Position numbers and translations under genes: made by a program | Notes under the pieces: generated by a model | The model's input: only the letters and a program-made list of their open reading frames with translations | Database searches by the model: none | Told to the model about the DNA's origin: nothing | Shown: piece after piece, positions 50,853-62,985 of the stretch | How positions within the stretch are numbered: the first letter of the stretch is position 1 | Layout of the letters: every line of letters starts with the position of its first letter | Assembly (NCBI GenBank): GCA_002269645.1 | Contig: NIVC01000487.1 | Location: 376,893 to 440,892, forward strand | Reading direction: 5' to 3' | From: Macrostomum lignano | Lineage: Eukaryota | Length of the DNA stretch: 64,000 bases

Positions 50853-53800
50853 CTGGTCTGTTCAGGCTTGGTAGCGTGTAGCGCTGCAATTCATTTAATA
50901 AACTGCATAGACCATGTATATCTCAGGACAATGTATAGCTTACCCTTTCTTGGAGATACTAACCTATTATAGTCAAATTGGATTGAAGCTTGGCCTAATT
51001 TGCCTTGCATTTGATATAATTTCCTTTCAAACTGTTATGGAACACAAGTACTAACCATAGCTAGTTCTGCTTAACTTGAAAGTCTAGTTGCAGATGCATG
51101 AAAATATTTAGTAAGCAAGCTTTTATCTTTGCTGACTCAAAATCTTTATCAATACTTGCTTTATCTTAACTGAAACATAGGCCTGAGAAATTAAAGGCTA
51201 AGTTCTAACTACTAGATTCTATTTGTCTTTTTCGATATATTGCTTCTAGAATATAATCTTATAAGCAAGTAATAAATGAGAAAAGCATTTGATAGGACAT
51301 AACATAAGAATTTGTTCATAAAAATAACTTATATGCTGAATAATAATAGAAAGTTGCTTTCAGACTAGCTTAATTTATAGATATAGAAATGAATATTGTC
51401 AAAAATATCAAAATACCTATAAAAATATATTTTTATTCATAGAGAAATATTTTTTAATAAAAAAACTATACTTTCATTGGTCTATAGCCCTAATCTACTT
51501 GATTCCAATAGTTCTGTTTTATGTTTTTCTAAATTAGGCCTATATATGTGCAATCCCCATGATTTACACTGGCTTGGCTATGCAATTTTCTTAAGTTTTT
51601 TTATACTTAGTTTTTTAATATATTGAATTTCTACTAGCTTCCTAAAATAATATAATATTGTCATTGATACTTTAGGACAAACAATAATGAACTTTTAATA
51701 TTTGGATAGATAGTTCAATTTGGCACTAGTGCAGTTCTGTTAACAATTTTTTTCTTTTGAATTTGTGCCAGTTTCAATTATATTGTAGTGCCTTCAATTT
51801 AATATAATAGTATAATAGCAATAGCCAATAATAATATGCATAGGAATTATATGTAAAGTAAAGATAAACTCCTAGTCTCCTATTGTGTTTTTTATTTAGG
51901 GACTAACAAAGAATTGGTAAAGTCAAAGAGCAAATAAATAGCTTAACTTGAACTAAAAAAAGATGTAAATTTTATACCAAATTGGCTTAGAAAAAACACA
52001 GTAAGCTGGCCTTAGTGGTCCAGCAAGCTATAGTATAGATTAGGCTTTCTAGCCTTTAGAAGGCAATAAAATCAAAATAATGCTAAAAATAGTTATGAAT
52101 GGTTATGGCATTAATTATATGTTTTTCATTAGTGATTAGTGCTCAACTTTCAAGGTGCTATCAAATCAAATCTTAGTAGAGCTTTGTTTAGGCTACATTG
52201 ATAAAATATTTAAAATGGCAGAATAAAACGCCATAATTATTTAACAGCAAACACTGAGCACAGTATGAAGTCAAGGACTACAAGATCTGCTTTGTATAAA
52301 ATTACAAATTAGGCAACAAACCAAGGACATAGTTTCAGCGGTCGTCTGGTTAGCGGGGTGTGTCTCTTCTTATTTTTTTACTTTTAACCATTTATTCTTC
52401 ATTTTTAAGGGTTAAAAGCTATCTTTTGTTTCCTATACTAGAGTTTTACGACGTTAAAAACGGTTTTCTATAGCTGAATGTTCGACTTTGTTATTACTTG
52501 CGCGAAATTTTGTAGCACTTTTTCAATTTTAGATTGACAATTTCTTTGGCCTCCTTCGAACGGCCTGAGTCATGGTAAGCATTTATTCTAAAGTAATATT
52601 ATATGTTGCTAACTATTATTTTGTATTTAGGTAGCTTCCACCATCCAACAAATAGGAGCTTAACCTTCAAACCAAAGCGTCAATAGCCATGTATAGAGAT
52701 GAAAAATTTAAAGACCACGTAGACCAGTCCGACGAGCTCGGCTGTCTCGCCGGCAGGATGAACAATTGTCGAAAATTGTCAGAGATTGCAAACGAACCAC
52801 ACAAGTCCCATTATTCAGCGCACTTAATGTAGCACAGTACACCCCGCCCTGCTAAGATCTCGGATCTCGGAGTGAAACAGAGAGTTAATCTGGATTATTT
52901 CTGAACCGGACGTGAGCAAAAAGTACTTGTAGAAAGCAAAGTTTCAATTTAATTTATTTGATTTGATTTAAATACTTAGTTTAGGTAGCAAGGATTTAAA
53001 GAATGTTTTATACAGGTAAAAAATTCATTTAAGAGACTGCATAATCTTGGATATGAAGCACGATAATACATAAAATTATTTCCATCTGTATAACAGCTCA
53101 AAATGCCGTAAAAATAGATTTTCTACTTAAAGTAGTATATTGTTATATACGAGCGTCAGTGGAAGTTGGAAGAACTGAAGGCCCACAGGTGCAACTAATA
53201 TTGAGATTTTTTTTCTTACCTACTCGTCCGTGTAGTACATGCTTTTCGTTGCGCTGCCTTCAGCAAACCGTCCATTCAATTTCGAGTTTGGTGGGTCATG
53301 ACCAGGTTAAAACTAAATTTACTTCAACCCACCAGAGTATGATCGAGGGAAAATCTGCCAAATGGTATGCCCATCAAATAGAAGAAGTTCGTGAACACTG
53401 TATGTTTACGTTGGGTGATCATTCTACATTCGATCGATTCCATTGGACTTGTATACTTTTACTGACTGCTGGGGCACACACATAGGCAAGCAGAAGTGCG
53501 ATGTAATGCATTATAGTTTTTCTAACCTTGCTACAGCAGCAAAAAAGAGGAAAGTTTGAAGAGAGTTGCAGAAAATTATTATTATAGATAAAATCACATG
53601 TGCAAAACAGGTATTTATGCGTCGTACGAACGCAACCGTGCTATGATGGATAGCATAGCATAGTCAGAAGGTCAGTAGGGAGAGATGTGTCAGAATGGAA
53701 AAGGATATAGCGAGTCGCTAGAGTACGCGCGCGAGCACAGATACTACTGCAATGACTATGGAAAGAAGTCGCTCTGTGCCCCAGCGCGTGACTGACAAAG

Positions 53801-54036
53801 TAAATGAAGCGAGTTTCGTACTGCGCCTGATATATATCGGACTTCTGCATGAACACAAACCAGATTCCCTAGCTAACAGAAAATAAGTTAAAAATACATG
53901 TCTGAAAAAAATTGCCATTCGGTTTGGCTATAATTCAAACTGCCACCAAATTTTCTTTGTAATGCAGCTTAAAAAATTACGCAGGGTAATTTTTTTACCT
54001 TCTTTACCTTCTCTACAGGCTTTTCTCTACAAGTTA

Positions 54037-54805
54037 GCCCCTCTCCTGCCTACCCTTCACTTCCCGCTACCCTACCCTCTCCTTCCCGCTATCCTCTCCT
54101 TCCCGCAACCCTCTCCTTCCCGCTACTCTCTTCTTCCCGCTACCCTCTCCTTCCCGCTACCTTCTCCTTCCCGCTACCCTCTCCTTCCCGCTACCCTCTC
54201 CTTCCCACTACCCTCTCCTTCCCGTTACCCTCTCCTTCCCGCTACCCTCTTCTTCCCGCTGCCCTCTTCTTCCCGCTACCTTTTCCCTCCCGCTACCCTC
54301 TCCTTTTCGTTACCCTCTTCTTCCCACTACCCTCTCCTTCCCGCCACCCTCTCCTTCCCACTACCCTCTCCTTCCCGTTACCCTCTAGTTCCTTCCCGCT
54401 ACCCTCTTCTTCCCGCTACCCTCTCCTTTCCGCTACCCTCTCCTTCCTGCTACCCTCTCCTTTCCGCTACCCTCTCCTTCCTGCTACCCTCTCCTTTCCG
54501 CTACCCTTTCCTTCCCGCTACCCTCTCCTTTTCGTTACCCTCTCCTTCCCGCTACCTTTTCCTTCCCGCTACCCTCTCCTTTTCGTTACCCTCTACTTCC
54601 CGCTACCCTTCTCCTTCCTACTACCCTCTCCTTCCCGCTACCCTCTTCTTCCCGCTACCCTCTCATTCCCGCTACCCTCTCCTTTCCGCTACCCTCTCCT
54701 TCCCGCTACCTTTTCCTTCCCGCTACCCTCTCCTTTTCGTTACCGTCTACTTCCCGCTACTCTCTCCTACTCGCTACCTTCTAGCTCCTTCCCGCTACCC
54801 TCTCG
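54037..54805. repeat. Pyrimidine-rich about 17-bp degenerate array (cttcccgctaccctctc)
   Basis: Tandem CT-rich units. Confidence 0.9.
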
Positions 54806-55045
54806 TTCTCGCTGAAATTTCCTGCAAACTACAGTGCACTCCTTGAATTAAAAATGGGCTAAGATAGCCGACCGTGATGCAAACCAACAACAGATATAAC
54901 AAGCATTCAGATTCTACATAAAGTATATTCATTTTAACTGCACTGCACTGCACTTGGCTACACTTCAATAATATATCTTAAAATATAGCCAAAAATTCCA
55001 GCCCTCTTGTGACCAGTTTCGCCTCTTCCATCTTCCCACAGTTTT

Positions 55046-56632
55046 TCACACAATGGACATTGGTGAAAAGTAGGCAACGCTCCCACTAGATGAGGCAGAT
55101 GCTGCTCCAGATGATGGCGCTAGCAGCTGCAGCTGGGGCTGCGGCGGCGGCGGCGGCGGCGGCGGTACGGGAGTATGGTGAAGCCGCCGCTGCCACTGCC
55201 TGCCGCTGTCTCTAGAGCCGGACGCCCAGATCTCTGGGATCGCCTGATCGCAGCTGCAATCTTCATCCCAGTGCTGTGACTGGCGAGCGCCGCCGCCAAA
55301 AACGACAGCAACTTCGTCGCCCGTCGAGTCAACTCGCTGATGTCGGGCCGTAGCGGACAGCAGAGGAGGCGGCGGCGGTGGCGGCAGCGGCGGCTGTGAA
55401 AACGATTCCCGCTGCCGATCCAGGTGCCTTCGACTTCGGCCGCTGCTTTCATCTCCTCGGTGCAGCCAGAAGAAGCAACAGCCGCGCTGCCTGTGGCAGC
55501 ATCGGCAGAGACGCAGTGGCAGCCGGCCGAAGTCGCCATCGAATATCAGCAGCGCCAGCGGCTCAACGGCCGCCCTGGAGAAGCCGAGAATGGTGAGAAA
55601 CTTGTACAGCTCGACGGTGACACGGTACTGCGGGTCCATCAGGATCAGGGCGTACAGCGGATACCAGCAGATGAGATGCAGACACCACAGCCCGGCCAGC
55701 ACCCTCTGCCGGTTGTACTTCGCCGATGCCAGCTGTCCGAGGCGCCTGGCGAAGCTCTCAACCGGCTGATCGGGCGGCTGGCTGGCGTCGCCGGCGCGGG
55801 CCTTGTAGAAGGCCAGCTTGGCGCCGATGGTGCGTCCGATGGTTCGGCGGAACACGGCCAGATAGTAGGCGGCCGCCATCAGCGCCAGGGACACGATCAG
55901 CACCCACATGGTGTACACAACGTAGTTCTTCACCTGGCCGTACACGAACAGGCATTTCTCGCCGCTCCTGCTGCTACTGGACGAGCGGGCGCCGGCGCCG
56001 GCGCCAACCACGCCGCGGCCAGTTGAAGCTTCGAAATTGGCACCGATGAGGGTTGGGCCGAGGTGCAGGATGGCGCTGCCAGTGTACACCAGCGACACGC
56101 CAAATAACACGCAGCAGACGGAGCCCTCCGGTTGGCGGCCCTCGGACGCCTGCCGACTATCAAAGAAGTACACCTCGCAGCAGGCCATGGCGACCAGATT
56201 GAAGGCCGCCGTTGTCATCAGCACGATGTAGCTGGTGCCCAGCGAGTTGCAAGCGCTGCTGGACACGCCGCCGCCGTCAGAGACGAGGCCCCGGCCGAAC
56301 GGCAGGCAGTAGGCGGACATCGCCAGGTTGAGCAGCGCTGAGTGCCCTACGAACGCCGAGGAGAGTCGCCGGGTGCGCGGCCGGACCAGCAGGGAGGCCA
56401 TCAGCAGCGAGTTGGCGATGAGCCCGACTCCGGCGATGGCGAACATGGCGGCCTGCTCGAAGGCCTCGTGCAGCGAGTCGTCCTCGCCGTGCTGGTGCTC
56501 GTCCGGCCAGCCGGTGTCGCCCGGACCGGTCTGCATGAGCTGCCTTCGCGACCGGGTTGGCTGGGACTGCACGGGCGTGAGGATCTGGAGGGTCGGTGGA
56601 TGGCTTTCGTTAGTGTCTAATGATGGCTGCAT
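55046..56632 (-). CDS. Class A (rhodopsin-like) orphan GPCR, intronless, 528 aa
   Basis: Seven hydrophobic segments; TM1 GVGLIAN, TM3 Cys (ACNSLG), ECL2 Cys (EKCLF), TM6 ICWYP; N-glycosylation site NES; long low-complexity C-tail. Loose resemblance to SREB-type receptors (SAYCLPF, AAFNL). Confidence 0.85.
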   Translation of the reverse strand: MQPSLDTNESHPPTLQILTPVQSQPTRSRRQLMQTGPGDTGWPDEHQHGEDDSLHEAFEQAAMFAIAGVGLIANSLLMASLLVRPRTRRLSSAFVGHSALLNLAMSAYCLPFGRGLVSDGGGVSSSACNSLGTSYIVLMTTAAFNLVAMACCEVYFFDSRQASEGRQPEGSVCCVLFGVSLVYTGSAILHLGPTLIGANFEASTGRGVVGAGAGARSSSSSRSGEKCLFVYGQVKNYVVYTMWVLIVSLALMAAAYYLAVFRRTIGRTIGAKLAFYKARAGDASQPPDQPVESFARRLGQLASAKYNRQRVLAGLWCLHLICWYPLYALILMDPQYRVTVELYKFLTILGFSRAAVEPLALLIFDGDFGRLPLRLCRCCHRQRGCCFFWLHRGDESSGRSRRHLDRQRESFSQPPLPPPPPPPLLSATARHQRVDSTGDEVAVVFGGGARQSQHWDEDCSCDQAIPEIWASGSRDSGRQWQRRLHHTPVPPPPPPPPQPQLQLLAPSSGAASASSSGSVAYFSPMSIV

Positions 56633-56732
56633 TTATTTACCCCAGCTAATGCTGGCACCCATTTTACAGCTGGGTGAACTGAAGCAATGCAAAGTTAAGT
56701 GTCCTGCTCAAGAACACTAAAATCGTTCCGAC

Positions 56733-56801
56733 TAGGTCGAGAATCGAACCCCCGACCTTTCAGTGGTGAGTCCGACGCTCTGACCACTAGGCTACAACCC
56801 A
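56733..56801 (-). pseudogene. tRNA-derived pseudogene or SINE head (CAC at the anticodon-loop position)
   Basis: Minus strand tgggttgtagcctagtggtcagagcgtcggactcaccactgaaaggtcgggggttcgattctcgaccta. A box TAGCCTAGTGG, B box GGTTCGATT and a pairable acceptor stem are present, but the anticodon and T stems have deletions. Confidence 0.7.
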
Positions 56802-57182
56802 GTGAAGAATAACTATATTTATAAATCAACAACTGACAGAATGAAAGTACAAAGAGCTCAGACTATCAGTTCCCTTCTGCATGCCCCCGCGAGGGAGGTG
56901 TGCGGAGCACTCATTTTGCCAGAATTTTCTTCTACCAAAATCTATCCGAGGCTGAAAGGGTCAAGCGATTTCCCAGGAGAATTCCGTTCGGGAGATTTTT
57001 TTCACGCTGCCCTTAGGCAGTTGGAATATTTTTTCGGTGCCAAAGGCACAACTTTCTGCCCCTGCGTTTCCACTGCACTGCCAATGTACGTGTCATCTTG
57101 TCTGTTTAACTCTGGAGTGGTCTTTTTACATTCTGGCTAAAGTTGTTGAAATTATTGATTAGGGGGACGAATAGGAGGGGTA

Positions 57183-60027
57183 CCATGAGATGCTTAGTGG
57201 GGTCTGTCATGAGATGCTTAATGGGGTGTGTCATGAGATGCTTAATGGGGTGTGCCATGAGATGCTTAATGGGGTGTGTCATGAGATGCTTAATGGGGTC
57301 TGTCATGAGATGCTTAATGGGGTGTGTCATGAGATGCTTAATGGGGTGTGTCATGAGATGCTTAATGGGGTGTGCCATGAGATGCTTGATGTGGTGTGTG
57401 TCATGAGATGCCTAATGGTGTGTGTCATGAGAAGCTTAATGGGGTGTGTCATGAGATGCCTAATGGTGTGTGTCATGAGAAGCTTAATGGGGTGTGCCAT
57501 GAGATGCTTGATGTGGTGTGTGTCATGAGATGCTTAATGGGGTGTGTCATGAGATGCTTAATGGGGTGTGTCATGAGATGCCTAATGGTGTGTGTCATGA
57601 GAAGCTTAATGGGGTGTGCCATGAGATGCTTGATGTGGTGTGTGTCATGAGATGCTTAATGGGGTGTGTCATGAGATGCTTAATGGGGTGTGTCATGAGA
57701 TGCTTAATGGGGTGTGCCATGAGATGCTTGATGTGGTGTGTGTGTCATGAGAAGCCTAATGGTGTGTGTCATGAGATGCCTAATGGGGTGTGCCATGAGA
57801 TGCTTGATGGGGTGTGCCATGAGATGCTTGATGTGGTGTGTGTCATGAGATGCTTAATGGGGTGTGCCATGAGATGCTTGATGTGGTGTGTGTGTCATGA
57901 GAAGCCTAATGGTGTGTGTCATGAGATGCCTAATGGGGTGTGCCATGAGATGCTTGATGGGGTGTGCCATGAGATGCTTGATGTGGTGTGTGTCATGAGA
58001 TGCTTAATGGGGTGTGCCATGAGATGCTTGATGTGGTGTGTGTGTCATGAGAAGCCTAATGGTGTGTGTCATGAGATGCCTAATGGGGTGTGCCATGAGA
58101 TGCTTGATGGGGTGTGCCATGGGATGCTTGATGTGGTGTGTGTCATGAGATGCTTAATGGGGTGTGCCATGAGATGCTTGATGTGGTGTGTGTGTCATGA
58201 GAAGCCTAATGGTGTGTGTCATGAGATGCCTAATGGGGTGTGTCATGAGATGCTTGATGGGGTGTGCCATGAGATGCTTGATGTGGTGTGTGTGTCATGA
58301 GAAGCCTAATGGTGTGTGTCATGAGAAGCTTAATGGGGTGTGCCATGAGATGCCTAATGGGGTGTGCCATGAGATGCTTGATGGGGTGTGCCATGAGATG
58401 CTTGATGGGGTTCGTGCCATGAGATGTTTGATGGGGTACGCCATGAGATGCTTAATGGGGTATGCCATTAGATGCTTGATGAGGTGTGCCATGAGATACT
58501 TAATGGGGTGTGCCATAAGATGATTGATGTGGTGTGCGTCATGAGATGCCTAATGGTGTGTGTCATGAGAAGCTTAATGGGGTGTGTCATGAGAAGCTTA
58601 ATGGGGTGTGTCATGAGATGCCTAATGGTGTGTGTCATGAGATACTTAATGGGGTGTGTCATGAGATGCCTAATGGGGTGTGTCATGAGATACTTAATGG
58701 GGTGTGCCATGAGATGCTTGATGGGGTGTGCCATGAGATGCTTAATGGGATGAGCCATGAGATGCTTAATGGGGTATGCCATGAGATGTCTAATGGGGTG
58801 TGCTATGAGATGCTTAATGGGGTGTGCCATGAGATGCCATGAGATGCTTAATGGGGTGTGTCATGAGATGCTTAATGGAGTGTGCCATGAGATGTTTGAT
58901 GGGGTTCGTGCCATGAGATGCTTGATGGGGTATGCCATTAGATGCTTGATGGGGTGTGCCATGAGATACTTAATTGGGTGTGCCATGAGATGCTTAATGG
59001 GGTGTTTGATGAGATGCTTTATAGGTGAGCCATGAGATGCTTTATGGAGTGTGTGTCATGAGATGCTTGATGGGGTGTGATATGAGATGTTTAATGGGGT
59101 GAGCCATGAGTTGTTTAATGGGGTGTGCCATGAGATGCCATGAGATGTTTAATGGGGTGTGCCATGAGATGTCTAATGGGGTGTGCCATGAGATGCTTAA
59201 TGGGGTGTGCCATGAGATGCTTGATGGGGTGTGTACCATGAGATGCTTGATGGGGTGTGCTATGAGATGCTTGATGGGGTGTGTGCCATGAGATGCTTGA
59301 TGGGGTGTGTGCCATGAGATTCTTGATGGGGTGTGTACCATGAGATGCTTGATGGGGTGTGCTATGAGATGCTTGATGGGGTGTGTGCCATGAGATGCTT
59401 GATGGGGTGTGCCATGAGATGCTTGATGGGGTGTGTGCCATGAGATGCTTGATGGGGTGTGCCATGAGATGCTTGATGGGGTGTGTGCCATGAGATGGCA
59501 TGAGATGTCTAATGGGGTGTGCTATGAGATGCTTAATGGGGTGTGCCATGAGATGCTTGATGGGGTGTGCCATGAGATGTCTAATGGGTGTGCCATGAGA
59601 TGCTTGATGGGGTGTGTGCCATGAGATGGCATGAGATGTCTAATGGGGTGTGCTATGAGATGCTTAATGGGGTGTGCTATGAGATGCTTAATGGGGTGTG
59701 CTATGAGATGCTTAATGGGGTGTGCTATGAGATGCTTGATGGGGTGTGCCATGAGATGCTTAATGGGGTGTGCTATGAGATGCTTGATGGGGTGTGCTAT
59801 GAGATGCTTAATGGGGTGTGCTATGAGATGCTTAATGGGGTGTGCTATGAGATGCTTAATGGGGTGTGCTATGAGATGCTTAATGGGGTGTGCTATGAGA
59901 TGCTTAATGGGGTGTGCTATGAGATGCTTGATGGGGTGTGTGCCATGAGATGCTTGATGGGGTGTGTGCCATGAGATGCTTGATGGGGTGTGTACCATGA
60001 GATGTATAAAGAGGCGTCATGAGATGC
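57183..60027. repeat. 24-bp minisatellite (catgagatgcttaatggggtgtgc)
   Basis: More than 110 variable units with higher-order blocks. Confidence 0.96.
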
Positions 60028-60825
60028 TGAGTAGTGGGAGTCCTGAGATGAAGGCGATCCGTCTTCCGGGATGCCAGAAGCCATCAACTCGGCGAATAAT
60101 CCCGCCGCAACTCACCCTCACTGCACCGAGAACAGCACCTTGCCTGAATCCTCAAATCCGCCTCCCATCCCCTCAGAATCTCCAGCGAATGGAGCAGCGA
60201 TAGCCGCAGGGGGTTGTTGGGGCTGTTCGACCGGACATGAATAATTCAGATAACGAAAGAATGAATGAGTTGCAAGCAGCAAAAAGTTAAATTTTCAGCC
60301 CCACGGCTAAGAAGAGGATGGAAACGAGCCGCGTAAGGCTTGGCTCGGTCTATGGGCGATGAAGCGAGCACTTTCTCCCGATGAGGCGTTGTAGTTCTCG
60401 CAGCTTCCTATTGGAGCAACCGTCCAGCCTTCTAGTGTCAGATATAGAGGCTTAGCGCTAATGCCTCAGCGGCCCGCAGGGAGACGCAAAAAGCAGGGCA
60501 GGTCCCCTGCAGCGCGTATTACTATATCTTCCCAGCTGCCAGAACACCGAATCTCCGTACAAATCCAGCCCCAGAAAACATAGCAGCCTCTATAGTGTGA
60601 GAAAGTTAAAGGCAAAAACATACGAGTAGATATCGAATTTGTGCACAGGGAAAGACCATTGAGGGTTGGATAAAATCGAGGGAGTGTGCCAGATGGCATG
60701 TACTGAAGACTGTCGCAAAGGCTGCGAATATAGAAGGCTCACCTGGAGCTCTTCTTGTCACCCCTGACTCACCTGTAGCTCTCCCTGTCACTGGATTACC
60801 TTACCTGGTAAGTATCCCTGGCACC

Positions 60826-62331
60826 CCTGTCTCACCTGGAGCTCTCCCTGTCACCGGATCACCTGCTGAGCATCCCTGTCTCACCTGGAGCTCTCCCTGT
60901 CACCGGATCACCTGCTGAGCATCCCTGTCTCACCTGGAGCTCTCCCTGTCACCGGATCACCTGCTGAGCATCCCTGTCTCACCTGGAGCTCTCCCTGTCA
61001 CCGGATCACCTGCTGAGCATCCCTGTCTCACCTGGAGCTCTCCCTGTCGCCGGATCACCTGCTGAGCATTCCTGTCGCACCTGGAGCTCTCCCTGTCACC
61101 GGATCACCTGCTGAGCATCCCTGTCTCACCTGAAGCTCTCCCTGTCACCGGATCACCTGCTGAGCATTCCTATCTCACCTGGAGCTCTCCCTGTCGCCGG
61201 ATCACCTGCTGAGCATCCCTGTCTCACCTGGAGCTCTCCCTGTCGCCGGATCACCTGCTGAGCATTCCTATCTCACCTGGAGCTCTCCCTGTCACCGGAT
61301 CACCTGCTGAGCATTCCTATCTCACCTGGAGCTCTCCCTGTCACCGGATCACCTGCTGAGCATCCCTGTCTCACCTGGAGCTCTCCCTGTCACCGGATCA
61401 CCTGCTGAGCATCCCTGTCTCACCTGGAGCTCTCCCTGTCACCGGATCACCTGCTGAGCATTCCTATCTCACCTGGAGCTCTCCCTGTCACCGGATCACC
61501 TGCTGAGCATCCCTGTCTCACCTGGAGCTCTCCCTGTCACCGGATCACCTGCTGAGCATCCCTGTCTCACCTGAAGCTCTCCCTGTCACCGGATCACCTG
61601 CTGAGCATTCCTATCTCACCTGGAGCTCTCCCTGTCACCGGATCACCTGCTGAGCATTCCTATCTCACCTGGAGCTCTCCCTGTCACCGGATCACCTGCT
61701 GAGCATTCCTATCTCACCTGGAGCTCTCCCTGTCACCGGATCACCTGCTGAGCATCCCTGTCTCACCTGAAGCTCTCCCTGTCACCGGATCACCTGCTGA
61801 GCATTCCTATCTCACCTGGAGCTCTCCCTGTCGCCGGATCACCTGCTGAGCATCCCTGTCTCACCTGGAGCTCTCCCTATAACCGGATCACCTGCTGAGC
61901 ATCCCTGTCTCACCTGGAGCTCTCCCTGTCACCGGATCACCTGCTGAGCATTCCTATCTCACCTGGAGCTCTCCCTGTCACCGGATCACCTGCTGAGCAT
62001 CCCTGTCTCACCTGAAGCTCTCCCTGTCACCGGATCACCTGCTGAGCATTCCTATCTCACCTGGAGCTCTCCCTGTCACCGGATCACCTGCTGAGCATTC
62101 CTATCTCACCTGGAGCTCTCCCTGTCACCGGATCACCTGCTGAGCATCCCTGTCTCACCTGAAGCTCTCCCTGTCACCGGATCACCTGCTGAGCATTCCT
62201 ATCTCACCTGGAGCTCTCCCTGTCGCCGGATCACCTGCTGAGCATCCCTGTCTCACCTGGAGCTCTCCCTATAACCGGATCACCTGCTGAGCATCCCTGT
62301 CTCACCTGGAGCTCTCCCTATAACCGGATCA
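60826..62331. repeat. 49-bp minisatellite (ccctgtctcacctggagctctccctgtcaccggatcacctgctgagcat)
   Basis: About 30 tandem units. Confidence 0.96.
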
Positions 62332-62985
62332 CACACTGAGCAATCCCTCTAAAAAATCCTGAACGGCATTGCCCCCTTAGATACTTGGCACCCAATACTT
62401 TTTGGATAGTTAATTAGCCTTAGAGCTGGGCTTGCCACTGTAGCAGACGGCTAGTTAAGGCATATTTCCATCGTCCATTCGTCAGTTCCACCCCCCTCAC
62501 ACTCAACTCTGTCAAGGATGAAAACTGCAGTTAACCTGAGAGACTCGAAAGTCCAGACGGTTACATTTTTGGAGCTTTTAGGCACGTGAATTCGAAACAC
62601 AATCTTAATGAGGCAAGTTAGCATTGAGATTGAGTGCTCTGTAGGTGGGGGGGGAGTGTAGGTGGCGCGAATACTGCCAACGAATTCAGCCGCAGAATAT
62701 GGAACTGCAAAACACACTGGGCTGCAAATGCTAAACTGCGCAATAGCCTGCCGATCGTGGGGTGGCGGCCGCCCGCCTTCTATTGGGCGTAATTCAAATA
62801 AGAGACCAGCCGGGCCAGATGCAAGGTGCCAGCATAGTGTAGATAAACAGTAGAAGTAAAGACGGAAACAATTCTACTCAAAATTTCATTTCAAAGCCAT
62901 TGCGTCACCCGACTCCAACTCAATTCGCTCCTTCTGACACAATAAAGACTGAGCTCACGAGCTGAGTACAGTGTGAGTAGTGCTC

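Noticed and set aside
50884-52338. Possible mitochondrial insertion (NUMT) in the AT-rich block
   Set aside because: I recognised no mitochondrial gene, tRNA or rRNA motif; a BLASTN search would be needed to exclude it fully.
53013-54000. About 12-bp inverted match (aggtaaaaaatt) suggesting DNA-transposon TIRs
   Set aside because: The match is short and A/T-rich, with no TSD or transposase remnant evident.
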